In this document: positions 27,470 through 37,205 of the stretch, in pieces
Position numbering within the stretch: position 1 is the stretch's first letter
How the letters are laid out: every line of letters begins with the position of its first letter
Assembly: GCA_030446305.1 (NCBI GenBank)
Contig: JASUSA010000007.1
Coordinates: 1,538-65,537 of the forward strand
Origin: Clostridiales bacterium
GTDB taxonomy: Bacteria > Bacillota > Clostridia > Peptostreptococcales > Acidaminobacteraceae
DNA length: 64,000 nt
Direction of reading: 5' to 3'
The notes under the pieces: generated by a model
What the model was told of the DNA's origin: nothing
Databases searched by the model: none
What the model saw: only the letters and a program-made list of their open reading frames with translations
Translations under genes and position numbers: made by a program

Positions 27470-28432
27470 TCAACTTTCAAGATCATATTTTAGTTTTGCA
27501 ATCTCTTGTCGCGTTTTATTGTAAAATGCTTCAAAGAGCTGTGCCTCTTCTAAAAAGATATGCGGTTGTATTCTAATTTCACTGCTTTCAAGCAATTTTT
27601 CCAAATCGACTTCCGCTTCAAATTCATGGGTTGCATTGCCAATAAAGCGCGCATTGTAATGATCCCCATTCGGCTCAATATAGCATTTGATTTTGCCGCC
27701 GTCATTGTATACTTCAACCCATTTAAACATGCGGTCATGTTTTAACGCATACGTTGTAACCGTCGATGTCATACCGGTTCCGCAGGACTTCGTAATGCCA
27801 ACACCGCGTTCATAGGTTCTGACGTACAGCTTGTCTTCTGAAAGAATTGTCCCAAAATTAACATTGACGCCATTTGGAAAATACTGTTTTGCCTCATTGG
27901 CAAAGACGCCGTATGCTTTTAACGTTTCATCCGTCGGTGGCTCAATGCCATTGAGCGTTACCGCATGGAAGTTGGTAATTGTTACAAAATCAAATTCATA
28001 GGGTCCGTTAAACTCAGATTCATAACCTTTGATAAAATCCGTCTTGCCTTTAAAAACCACGTTATTCAACATAATTTCGTAGCCGTTAACATACTGGTCA
28101 AATGTAGGATCGCATCTAACCTTGTAGATCACTTCCATGGTTTCAACTTGAATGACGTCTACACCCAGCTCATCCATTACATAGCGCGAAAAACATCTTA
28201 GGCCATTGCCGCACATCGGCGCCTCTGAACCATCTGCATTAAAAATACGCATTTTGGCATCTGCCTTGTCACTATGGCTTACATAGAGTATCCCGTCAGC
28301 ACCAATTCCCCTATCGCGATCACAGAGCCTCTCCGCAATAAACGATCGGGTATACTTTGCCGGAAGCGGTTCTTTTGTTTCATCAATAATGATGAAATCA
28401 TTGCCCGTTCCCTGCGATTTAATCAGTTTCAT
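27470..28432 (-). CDS. dapF: Diaminopimelate epimerase family protein (with a roughly 40-aa C-terminal extension)
   Basis: GTGNDFIIID plus both catalytic Cys contexts (MCGNGLRC, SCGTGMTS). Orthology to housekeeping dapF is uncertain given the unusual operon. Confidence 0.75.
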   Translation of the reverse strand: MKLIKSQGTGNDFIIIDETKEPLPAKYTRSFIAERLCDRDRGIGADGILYVSHSDKADAKMRIFNADGSEAPMCGNGLRCFSRYVMDELGVDVIQVETMEVIYKVRCDPTFDQYVNGYEIMLNNVVFKGKTDFIKGYESEFNGPYEFDFVTITNFHAVTLNGIEPPTDETLKAYGVFANEAKQYFPNGVNVNFGTILSEDKLYVRTYERGVGITKSCGTGMTSTVTTYALKHDRMFKWVEVYNDGGKIKCYIEPNGDHYNARFIGNATHEFEAEVDLEKLLESSEIRIQPHIFLEEAQLFEAFYNKTRQEIAKLKYDLES

Positions 28433-29268
28433 AATGACTCCTTCAAAAGTTTTAATTCATATAAGTCTTTTCGGAGTTGTGTGATGACCGGCAGCTGCGT
28501 TCTGACATGCGCAACCTCTTCAAAGTCAATTTCGCCCAACAAATACCCCTCTTCATCGTTGAGTCTGCCCATAATATCGCCCCAAGGACTTACGATCATT
28601 GAATTGCCATAGGAAATATAGCTCGAATCATATTGCCTTGCGGGCGCACAGCCTACGGTAAAGACCTGTTGATCCACTGCGCGACTCCTAAATAGAAGCT
28701 CCCAGTGCATTGGACCGGTGGTCATATTAAATGCCGCAGGATAAATGAGTAGCTTTGCCCCCTGTGCCGTCATTAACCGCGCCAATTCAGGAAATCTGAC
28801 ATCATAGCATATAGCGACGCCGATCTTCCCGAATTCGGTATCCACTACGGTGACATCATTACCCGGCGTCAGCGTTTCTGACTCCATAAAGTACTGTCCA
28901 TTTTGAATATCAATATCAAATAAGTGCATTTTGCGATGCCGTCCAAGGCATTTACCATCTGGGCCGAAAATAAACGACGTATTGTAAATATTCGTTCCCT
29001 CGCGTTCTGGCATTGAGCCTGCGATCAGATAAATTTCATTGCGTTTTGCCGCTTCCGACATCATTTGATAAGAAGTGCCGCCTGCTGTTTCGGCATAGTC
29101 CGGAAACCGAAGCGTTTCATAAGGGCAATTGAACATTTCAGGCAAAACAATAACATTTGCACCTTTTGCCGACAAGTAGTCGATGTTTGACACCGCCTTC
29201 TTTAGTGCGTTCGCCTTTTGCTCATCAACTGCCATTTGTATAACGCCTAAACATAGTTTTCGTGACAT
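28429..29268 (-). CDS. Carbon-nitrogen hydrolase (nitrilase superfamily, omega-amidase-like)
   Basis: Glu (VLPEMFN), Lys (HRKMHLF) and Cys (AICYDVRFPE) catalytic-triad contexts. 4-nt overlap with the next gene. Confidence 0.88.
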   Translation of the reverse strand: MSRKLCLGVIQMAVDEQKANALKKAVSNIDYLSAKGANVIVLPEMFNCPYETLRFPDYAETAGGTSYQMMSEAAKRNEIYLIAGSMPEREGTNIYNTSFIFGPDGKCLGRHRKMHLFDIDIQNGQYFMESETLTPGNDVTVVDTEFGKIGVAICYDVRFPELARLMTAQGAKLLIYPAAFNMTTGPMHWELLFRSRAVDQQVFTVGCAPARQYDSSYISYGNSMIVSPWGDIMGRLNDEEGYLLGEIDFEEVAHVRTQLPVITQLRKDLYELKLLKESL

Positions 29269-29841
29269 TTACGCCTCCAACGCCGAAATCATTTCGGCCA
29301 ATACTTCTCCAATGTGAGTTTCTCTGTCCAGAACTGAACAGTTGTCAGTACCGGATAACTTCATGTGATATGCCAAATCTATCCCTAGATTCTTGAACAC
29401 GAGACCAAGTGAATTTTCTGACCCGATAAATTGATCCGGATAAGCCTCTGCACCTGCAATCGAGATAATCGCCCCCTTGCCGGGCAATGTTCTGAATGCC
29501 TTATGATGCGAAAAATGGCACATAAAAACCATTTGGCAACGATCGACAAGCGTTTTGAGCTTGCTTGTCACACCATTAAAATAGACCGGCGATGCAAATA
29601 TAATGTAGTTAGCTTGCTTGAAAGCATTATAAACCTTTTTCATGTCATCTGCAATAACACAGCTGCCATAATGTTTTGTACAATGGCCACAGTCCAGACA
29701 ATGCTGTATCGTTAGTTGGTTGATGTCCAAAACCTCTGATTGAATATCCTTTTCAAAAAGCGCTTCAACCAGATATGACACCAAGTCATGTGTGTTGCCG
29801 TGTCGCTTATGACTTCCCATGATAATGAGTGCTCTTTTCAA
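29269..29841 (-). CDS. Flavodoxin-fold NADPH-dependent FMN reductase / iron-sulfur flavoprotein-like
   Basis: MGSHKRHGNT flavin-phosphate loop and a compact Cys cluster (CLDCGHC...C). Confidence 0.75.
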   Translation of the reverse strand: MKRALIIMGSHKRHGNTHDLVSYLVEALFEKDIQSEVLDINQLTIQHCLDCGHCTKHYGSCVIADDMKKVYNAFKQANYIIFASPVYFNGVTSKLKTLVDRCQMVFMCHFSHHKAFRTLPGKGAIISIAGAEAYPDQFIGSENSLGLVFKNLGIDLAYHMKLSGTDNCSVLDRETHIGEVLAEMISALEA

Positions 29842-29906
29842 TGTTACGCCTTTGCCCTTTCATCTCTATGATACCATTTCAGTCGTCAACAGCATGCACC
29901 TTAATG

Positions 29907-30695
29907 TCAGCCCTCAATATCATTGCGCATATTCAGCGACAGTGACAGTTGCTCACAAAGCACTTTTGATCCTGCAATGACATTGTATTTGCCTGCTTCG
30001 CAAGTTGCATTAAAGGTACCGCCCGCTTCCTCTATCATCAGTCGGCCAGCTGCTAAATCCCATTTTGCCAGCCTGAGTTCCCAAAAGGCATCATAGACGC
30101 CTGAAGCGACAAGGCAGAGATCATAGGCTGCCGCGCCAAGTCTTCGCAACCCCTTAACCTTTGGTACCATCATCTGAATATTATCACTGTTATTGTTTAT
30201 TGCCTCAGCGCGATCATATGGAAAACCCGTTCCCAAAACGCTCTTTACAAGCATCGTCTGTACAGATGCCGTCAATTTTCGATCGTCTTGATACGCACCT
30301 TTACCGCGCTCAGCCGTGTAAAGCACATTCAGCATTGGCAGATAAACAGCACCGAATACCGGGATGTCGCCTTGCCAGCGCGCAACAGATATGGCAAAGA
30401 TCGGATGACCAATGGAAAAGTTTGTCGTGCCATCCAGCGGATCAATGATCCATTCGTAATCACTGCTGCCCTCAAAACTGCCTTGCTCTTCGGAAAGCAG
30501 TCGGTCTTCTGGAAACATCGAGCGAATACCTGCCACGAATTTTTGATCACTCCAAACATCAATTTCGGTCACGAGGTCAACCGCCGATGACTTCGTGTGA
30601 ACCGCAAAATCTCTGCTCACAAAGGCTTCCCTTTGATAAGCGCCAACTTCACGAATCAAGTCAATAATTGGCACATAAACAGCGCTCACCTGCAT
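29907..30695 (-). CDS. Inositol monophosphatase family protein (SuhB-like)
   Basis: The WIIDPLDGTTNF and WDLAAG motifs. AAGAGG RBS before ATG 30695 (the track start at 30740 overlaps the upstream gene). Confidence 0.88.
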   Translation of the reverse strand: MQVSAVYVPIIDLIREVGAYQREAFVSRDFAVHTKSSAVDLVTEIDVWSDQKFVAGIRSMFPEDRLLSEEQGSFEGSSDYEWIIDPLDGTTNFSIGHPIFAISVARWQGDIPVFGAVYLPMLNVLYTAERGKGAYQDDRKLTASVQTMLVKSVLGTGFPYDRAEAINNNSDNIQMMVPKVKGLRRLGAAAYDLCLVASGVYDAFWELRLAKWDLAAGRLMIEEAGGTFNATCEAGKYNVIAGSKVLCEQLSLSLNMRNDIEG

Positions 30696-30696
30696 C

Positions 30697-31176
30697 TTAC
30701 GCCTCTTTTCTATCGTTGATCTTGCCTTCTCGATGTTCAATTGAAAGTTTAATCAGCGTTGTCTTCGCAGCAGCACTTTCAACATAGGCCATGCCTTCGG
30801 TTTTAAAATCCTGTGAATATTTTTCGATAAACAGTGTCAGCGGTCCTGCATTATCAGGGCCGGCTTCAATAATTTCAGCCGTTCCAAAGACCATGACACT
30901 TTCAAATGCCGTTGTAAATTTGCTTTTGATGACGTTTTCAGAATGAACAATTGAGAACGTCGCCTTTTTAGAATGACGGATCGCATCGAGTTTTTGCCCT
31001 TCACCGGCACAATGAATATAAATCGCATTGTCTTTGTACACATAGTTCACCGGAACTGCATAAGGGTAACCGCTTGGCAGTGTCAGACCCAAAACGCCGT
31101 AACTTGCCACTGTTAATATTGATTCTACTTGTTCTGCGGTCATTTTTTTATCCGCACGTCGCATTGCTTTAAACAT
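30697..31176 (-). CDS. Pyridoxamine 5'-phosphate oxidase-family (NimA-like flavin-binding) protein
   Basis: AAGGAGG RBS before ATG 31176. Split-barrel pattern (YGVLGLTLPSGYPYAVPVNYVY...IYIHCA). Confidence 0.75.
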   Translation of the reverse strand: MFKAMRRADKKMTAEQVESILTVASYGVLGLTLPSGYPYAVPVNYVYKDNAIYIHCAGEGQKLDAIRHSKKATFSIVHSENVIKSKFTTAFESVMVFGTAEIIEAGPDNAGPLTLFIEKYSQDFKTEGMAYVESAAAKTTLIKLSIEHREGKINDRKEA

Positions 31177-31450
31177 CGATAGCCTCCTTATGAAAAAAAT
31201 ATTAAGCATTTATGCCCAAATATTTGTGAATTATCCCCAGATATTTGGATTTATACACAATTTGTGTGGATAACATGTTGACTTATTCAACCATATAGAA
31301 CAGTTTATTATGTTATGAACCATTAATCAACCGTTTTCAAGCGAATCCTACAGCCTATTATGAATAATTTGTGAATATTGCCGTTTTGCTGTTTATTCGC
31401 TGTGGAAATGGCAACATATAGAACGTACATAAACAATGGAGGTCAAAAAT

Positions 31451-31954
31451 ATGAGATCAAATATTACCATGGGTGGCAAGCCCATCACATTACTCGGAAA
31501 CGAAATCAAAGTTGGCGATCAAGCGCCCCATTTTACAGCAGTAAATAAAGACATGACTCCTTTTTCATTCGATTCTCTTGACGGCAAATTAAAAATTATT
31601 AGTGTCGTCCCATCAGTCGATACAAAAATTTGTGAGCTTCAAACCATTCAGTTCAATGAAGAAGCAACAAAAGATCCAAATATCGTCGTCTTAACCATCA
31701 GTGTCGATTTGCCGTTTGCGCAACAGCGTTTCTGCGTTGCCAACAGCATTGAAAATGCCATTGTTGTCTCTGACTATCAAGCATTGGATTTTGGCATGAA
31801 ATACGGTTTCGCCATTGATAAACTCAGACTGCTCAGTCGAGGTATTGTCGTCGTCGATACAAATAATGTCGTCCGTTATGTTGAATATGTAAAAGAAGTC
31901 GGTACACATCCTGATTATGATAAAGTGCTCGACTTTATTAAAACACTTGAATAA
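31451..31954 (+). CDS. tpx: Thiol peroxidase (atypical 2-Cys peroxiredoxin)
   Basis: PSVDTKICELQT peroxidatic Cys context and the resolving Cys context QRFCV. GGAGG RBS before ATG 31451. Confidence 0.9.
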   Translation: MRSNITMGGKPITLLGNEIKVGDQAPHFTAVNKDMTPFSFDSLDGKLKIISVVPSVDTKICELQTIQFNEEATKDPNIVVLTISVDLPFAQQRFCVANSIENAIVVSDYQALDFGMKYGFAIDKLRLLSRGIVVVDTNNVVRYVEYVKEVGTHPDYDKVLDFIKTLE

Positions 31955-31984
31955 TCAAACAAATATCACTGTTTATCCTCTTAG

Positions 31985-32027
31985 AAAAGAGCCTTGGCAC
32001 GCATTGATGCCAAGGCTCTTTTTTTAT
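31985..32027 (+). terminator. Intrinsic terminator after tpx
   Basis: AGAGCCTTGGCA-8 nt-TGCCAAGGCTCT followed by TTTTTTT. Confidence 0.9.
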
Positions 32028-32086
32028 TCACATAACAATTTATACCGTCAAACGATTTTATACCGTCAAAAATGCTTTAAAACAAT

Positions 32087-32677
32087 TTATAATTTTAGGA
32101 TAAAGGGGACTAGAACGGGTACCATCAGCGATAATGTCAGCCCCGTCGCAAAAGCGAGCACTGCGGTTTCGCCAGAAGTGTGCTTTGAAATAATCGGCAA
32201 TGTCGTGTCCATGGCCGTTGCACCGGACGGCGCAATAGCCGTTATATATCCCAGTCGTTTAGCGATGACGGGAATTGTGAGAATGGCAATAATCTCCCGC
32301 ATGATATTGGTTAAAAACGCCAGCACCGATAATTCTGCCTGATAAGGTGCAATAATAATGGCTGAAAGTGTATACCATCCAAATCCGGCACCTACCGCTC
32401 CCGCTTCATTCATGGGATAACCAAGTATCAGTCCTGCAATTATCGCACCGCCAATAGAGCCTACTGCTGTTCCGAGCGGTACCATAATAAAGAGTATACC
32501 GGAACGCTTAATCGTTTGAAGAATTGTCTTATTCCGCCCAATGTCAATGCCGACAAAGAAAAGCAGCACGCAGAGACCAATATTTAAAAGCATTGTAGAA
32601 GCATTGCTGATTTCATTCGGCAAAACCAAACCCAAACCAATGCCAATGACAACCGCCAGCATAATTTTACCTGTCAT
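32087..32677 (-). CDS. LysO-family (DUF340) membrane protein, large component
   Basis: About 196 aa with six TM helices, Gly-rich. It pairs with a roughly 90-aa DUF340 protein, as is typical of this family. Confidence 0.75.
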   Translation of the reverse strand: MTGKIMLAVVIGIGLGLVLPNEISNASTMLLNIGLCVLLFFVGIDIGRNKTILQTIKRSGILFIMVPLGTAVGSIGGAIIAGLILGYPMNEAGAVGAGFGWYTLSAIIIAPYQAELSVLAFLTNIMREIIAILTIPVIAKRLGYITAIAPSGATAMDTTLPIISKHTSGETAVLAFATGLTLSLMVPVLVPFILKL

Positions 32678-32951
32678 TCCGGCCTCCGATCATGCGCACC
32701 ACACCGTAGACGACGAGTACACTGCCCGCAACGGAAAAAAACGCAAAAACACTTGCATGAAATCCTATCTGAAAGAAGGCATTCAAGATCTCGCGATCCG
32801 AACCGATGCGCATGCCCATAATCACAAGCAAAAAATAAAGACAAAGCATCTGGATCGGTTCAAGTCGTTTATACCATGTCTCTTTTATCCGGTTGCGGTA
32901 ACTGAGCCATGCGCCTACGATGAGCAGCGACATATAAAGAACAATCGTCAT
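32667..32951 (-). CDS. DUF340 (LysO-family) membrane protein, small component
   Basis: 94 aa with three TM helices. Overlaps both neighbours (11 nt and 4 nt). Confidence 0.7.
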   Translation of the reverse strand: MTIVLYMSLLIVGAWLSYRNRIKETWYKRLEPIQMLCLYFLLVIMGMRIGSDREILNAFFQIGFHASVFAFFSVAGSVLVVYGVVRMIGGRNDR

Positions 32952-33658
32952 ATTGTTTCACACTCCATGATTTCAATCAAACCGCCATAAGTCAAGCCAT
33001 TGGTTTGGCGATCAAACGTGACTTTAACGGGATAGACTTCTACACCTTGTGCCATTGCTTCATAAAAAGTTTTATAAAAGGCTGGGTCTGTATCGCGTTT
33101 AGGGACAAAAAGATCCGCTTCACTTAATATGAGCAGCAACACCGCCGCACGTTCACCTTCTGCTTTGAGCTTCATCAGCGTTTCCAAATGCCGTCTGCCT
33201 CTAACGGTTGGCGCATCCGGAAATTTCGCAATACCGTCTTCTGAAAGCGAGCAGCCTTTTACCTCTACCCAAATACGTTCATCTTCAGATGGCGTCAGGC
33301 AAAAATCCAAACGCGAATCAAAAGCTTTAACCTCTGCACGATAAGGATAGACCGATTCAAATGGCGTCCATTTAGGAGACGATAATACTGCCTCTGCAAT
33401 ATAGCGATGATAGCCTGAATGAATTAGGACATAACCGTCATCCTTTTTTGCCGCGATCATGTCCCAGTCTGTTTTGCGCTTTTCACTCGCCGCATATTTA
33501 ATCAGACATTGATTGCCTTCAAACAGCAGTTCCTGTAAGCGCCCCGGATCGTGAACATGAACCGTGACAGTAGCGTTGTCAATTGCCACCTTGGCAATGT
33601 AGCGATTGGGACGCTCTAAGAACGTGCCCTCAACGAGATCATCAAACTGATAAACCAT
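32948..33658 (-). CDS. sfsA: SfsA family DNA/RNA nuclease (sugar fermentation stimulation protein)
   Basis: GTFLERPNRYIAKV...VHVHDPGRLQELL...VEVKG is the characteristic SfsA pattern. GAAAGGAGG RBS before ATG 33658. Confidence 0.88.
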   Translation of the reverse strand: MVYQFDDLVEGTFLERPNRYIAKVAIDNATVTVHVHDPGRLQELLFEGNQCLIKYAASEKRKTDWDMIAAKKDDGYVLIHSGYHRYIAEAVLSSPKWTPFESVYPYRAEVKAFDSRLDFCLTPSEDERIWVEVKGCSLSEDGIAKFPDAPTVRGRRHLETLMKLKAEGERAAVLLLILSEADLFVPKRDTDPAFYKTFYEAMAQGVEVYPVKVTFDRQTNGLTYGGLIEIMECETI

Positions 33659-33784
33659 CGTGCCTCCTTTCTCATGGATCAATCATATGGATTCTATTGT
33701 TTTCTTACGGAAACGCAACGCTGACGATCAGTCATAACGGCAGACCGACGCCGATCTTAAATACTGCAATTTCAATAAGGCGGA

Positions 33785-35839
33785 CTATGGAATCCATTTA
33801 TAAACATTGGATACTTCAGCAGTATTGCCCGCTTGATTTTTTTCGATCAGCTGCAGTTCAATACTGCCGGTTGATGTAACGCCGGCTATAAGTGCATCGT
33901 CTGAAACATATTCGAAATCCGTTTCTACCTGATTGACAAGCAGTACCATGTCCGGCACAAACGACGCGCCTTCAATCAAAATGCCTTCATTTGCAGCCAT
34001 CGCATTTGAAATGGTTATATGATTGAGCGCCTGATTATAGGCACTGTTGTCCGCTATCATCCACGACTGTTCAGATGCGATACGCTCACCCAGAAGCTGA
34101 TACTCGCCTCGACTCAGACGATAGCCATATGTTTTGGCATCAAGGTATGCACCATCATGATCAAGTGCATAACCGCGCATCATAACCGGTGTCCTTTCAG
34201 ACATCTCACTGACAGCTTTTAGATAGTCTGGCAGTTCCGCACCGCTCCACGCTAAAATCTTTGGCGTTAAAAATGAGGCATTTATCACGGGAATTTCTCG
34301 GCTCGTCTGATCGTAATTCTTCCAGGCGATAAACGGAACGCTCATCATTTTCAAATCCGCTTGAAGTTCGCCATCCGTCTCGTCTTGAATATAACCGCTT
34401 TTGCGATAGGCAAGATAATCATTTCCCAGCATCGGCAAATGATCGCCAAAAAAGACGACCATCGTCGGTTCATCTGACTGCCTCAATGCCTCAATAAACG
34501 ATTGAAGTGCTTGATCTGAATAATAGAGCCCCTGAATATAGTTATTCACATAATAATTGGCTTCATCTCCCAAATCGGTTGTCATTGTCACGGGTCGCCG
34601 TTCATTGCCAAAACGACTGTCGCCATACGGCCCGTGATTCTGCATCGTAACTGTATAATTAAAAAGCGGCGTATCGGTTTCATCAATTAAGCGCAAAATC
34701 TCATCAAACGTCTCTGAATCCTTCGTAAAACTACCGTATTTTTCCGTATCCCCCATGAATTCAAGCGACTCAAAGTCATTAAAACCAAAATGGCGATAGA
34801 CTTCATAGCGATTGTAATACCATGACAGATAAGGATGCAGCGCTACAGATGTATAGCCCTGATTACGGTAAATAGACGCCAGCGAGGGATAATTGTTCTT
34901 AATCTCATTCGGATAGACCATGTACCAGTCATCATCATAGTTCTTAACGGTCATTCCAGTCATTACTTCAAATTCTGTATTAACCGTACCCCCGCCAACG
35001 ACGGGCACATAAAGTTCGCCATAGGTACTTTCATTTCTGAGTTTTTCAAAATAGGCAACGGGATTACCCGTCATTTCGACACCCATTTTATTAATATCCC
35101 AAAATGCCTCGCTCATGATGATAATGACGTTGGGCTTTACACCTTCCGTATACGGTTCACGATTGACATAGGCACGAATTTCGTCCTCAATTTGCACAGA
35201 TGCCTCTTTTAATACGTTGTTGTCCACAAGCGGTTTTATCCGCGTCTGATTGGAAAGCGCATAGATAAATCCCGTGCGTTCCAAAGGCACATGTGAATCA
35301 AAAGCAACCTGTCCACAGCCGAGTAGTGCGATGCTGAGGATCAAAAGCGTTGCATTGGTAACGCCCTCGTGCGCACCGGCTGCTTTTCGAATGCACTTTG
35401 AAATACCAATGCCCATAATAATCATCGCCACGACAGCAGCACCAATAGACCACATCAAACGCCATGTTACCAAATTATCTCTGAGAACCCAAATTTCTTT
35501 TATCAACGTTAGATCGTGAACCGTCAACGGTACATTTCTGAGTGCATACTTGCCCGCATTGATGCCGCCAAGGGTTAATGACACCGCCATCACTGCAATG
35601 GGCCCGGCAGCTTGTCGTTTTACGATAAGATTAATGCCTGCCATCAAAGCGATTAAACAGGCTAAATTCATCATCAAGAATACTGGGTGATGAACACACC
35701 ACGTCAGTGTTCGGCCTACTGTATGTCGGTATAACCATTCATTCAAAAAAATAAATATCGCCGCAAAGACAACTTGCACAGCCATTAAGCGACGATTAAC
35801 AGCTTGTTGCCACTTCTTTATCCATAATCTCATAAACAA
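33785..35839 (-). CDS. LTA synthase family protein (membrane-anchored sulfatase-fold phosphoglycerol transferase)
   Basis: Five N-terminal TM helices, then an alkaline-phosphatase-superfamily domain ([20 protein letters not shown]) and an extra C-terminal roughly 100-aa domain. Confidence 0.85.
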   Translation of the reverse strand: MFMRLWIKKWQQAVNRRLMAVQVVFAAIFIFLNEWLYRHTVGRTLTWCVHHPVFLMMNLACLIALMAGINLIVKRQAAGPIAVMAVSLTLGGINAGKYALRNVPLTVHDLTLIKEIWVLRDNLVTWRLMWSIGAAVVAMIIMGIGISKCIRKAAGAHEGVTNATLLILSIALLGCGQVAFDSHVPLERTGFIYALSNQTRIKPLVDNNVLKEASVQIEDEIRAYVNREPYTEGVKPNVIIIMSEAFWDINKMGVEMTGNPVAYFEKLRNESTYGELYVPVVGGGTVNTEFEVMTGMTVKNYDDDWYMVYPNEIKNNYPSLASIYRNQGYTSVALHPYLSWYYNRYEVYRHFGFNDFESLEFMGDTEKYGSFTKDSETFDEILRLIDETDTPLFNYTVTMQNHGPYGDSRFGNERRPVTMTTDLGDEANYYVNNYIQGLYYSDQALQSFIEALRQSDEPTMVVFFGDHLPMLGNDYLAYRKSGYIQDETDGELQADLKMMSVPFIAWKNYDQTSREIPVINASFLTPKILAWSGAELPDYLKAVSEMSERTPVMMRGYALDHDGAYLDAKTYGYRLSRGEYQLLGERIASEQSWMIADNSAYNQALNHITISNAMAANEGILIEGASFVPDMVLLVNQVETDFEYVSDDALIAGVTSTGSIELQLIEKNQAGNTAEVSNVYKWIP

Positions 35840-36053
35840 ATCCTACTTATACACCTCTGGAAGGTATTATATAATCTTTTTTCATCGCGCACAATGCCTC
35901 TTTCTCGTTAAACGCTTGTGTGATGATCGCATTTTTGGGGTATTTATAGATCAATCATCCCCTATTGGAAACACTCAAAGGGCATGCCTGCTTTATGATC
36001 TTTCAAAGATGACCGGCTATACGCCCGTCATCAGCAAATTATTTGGAGGCCAC

Positions 36054-37205
36054 ATGGTTATTAAAAAATATTTTGGCATAGGCTTTTTATTTGGTGCAAT
36101 GTTTCCGATTGTCGCAATTACACTGGAATTGCTCCTAAAACAGCAGAGCCTAAGCTTACAAACACTTATACAAATACACAATATGAACAAACTTCTCTAT
36201 ATGATTGACACCGCACCTGTTTTTCTAGGCGTTTTTGCAGCAATCGGTGGCGTTAGTCAAGCTCGGGCATTAGCACTCAATACTGAAAATCATGCACTAA
36301 TTACAGAAATAAAAAAATCAGAAACATTTCTTTCCAGTCAAAATGCACAGCAAAACGATCTGCTTATGCAATTAAGAAAAGATGCCGATCAGCTCTATCG
36401 AAACAATCGGCTCATAGAATCAAAAGCCGCTGCTATCGCAAATTTGGATGAAACCCTGCGTCATAACAATCTCGGTGTATCATCTGATATCAGTGCACTT
36501 ACAGAATTGGCGCAACGGGCAAAGACATACTCAAGCGAGGCCGAAACGCAGGCAACCGATGCAACTGACTTTTTTAACAAAACGGCGTCACTGCTTCACA
36601 ATATCGACCGGTCAAACGACCAGCTCCTAAAAGTTGTTCACAGCGCTGAAGCGACAACGGTTGACTTGCTCGAATCAGCGCGTCAATTTGAAGATCGTTT
36701 AGCGGCTATCGGCACCATAGCGTCACAAGTTAATTTATTAGCACTCAATGCCTCTATTGAGGCATCACGTGCCGGTGAAGCCGGCAGAGGATTTGAAGTC
36801 GTCGCACAAGAAATTCGAAAACTATCGATTCACACAACAGATGCACTGGCCAACATCGAGGCCATTCAAGAAGCACACTATCAACACGTGAACCAGCTGC
36901 AAGAAATCTTTTCACAATTTGAGGGTGCCATGTATGAAACACGCGCCAGTTTGCAGGAGGGCGAAGCCTTTCGCCAAAAATTGACAGAAAAAATGACAGG
37001 CGTTACTTCCCGTCTTGAAGCAGTACTCAGCGCAAATGATTCTGAACATGAGCAAATTTATACAATTTCTCAAAAAAACAAAGAAACCAATGAACAGCAT
37101 ATCATCATTTCAAATGAACTTAAAACAATCTTTGAGCTTTTAATGCAAAATGCAAAGCTCATTCAGTCGCTTCACGATATCGCGCCACATAATCCGACAT
37201 CTTAA
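36054..37205 (+). CDS. Methyl-accepting chemotaxis protein (minimal: 2 TM helices, no obvious sensor domain)
   Basis: Highly conserved signalling hairpin [45 protein letters not shown] before ATG 36054. Confidence 0.88.
   Translation: MVIKKYFGIGFLFGAMFPIVAITLELLLKQQSLSLQTLIQIHNMNKLLYMIDTAPVFLGVFAAIGGVSQARALALNTENHALITEIKKSETFLSSQNAQQNDLLMQLRKDADQLYRNNRLIESKAAAIANLDETLRHNNLGVSSDISALTELAQRAKTYSSEAETQATDATDFFNKTASLLHNIDRSNDQLLKVVHSAEATTVDLLESARQFEDRLAAIGTIASQVNLLALNASIEASRAGEAGRGFEVVAQEIRKLSIHTTDALANIEAIQEAHYQHVNQLQEIFSQFEGAMYETRASLQEGEAFRQKLTEKMTGVTSRLEAVLSANDSEHEQIYTISQKNKETNEQHIIISNELKTIFELLMQNAKLIQSLHDIAPHNPTS

Noticed and set aside
31219-31380. Full Rex box (TTGTGAA-N4-TTCACAA) or PerR box in the tpx promoter region
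   Set aside because: Only TTGTGAA half-sites and a reversed ACACAA/TTGTGT palindrome are present. Neither consensus is matched, so it is kept only as an unnamed motif finding.
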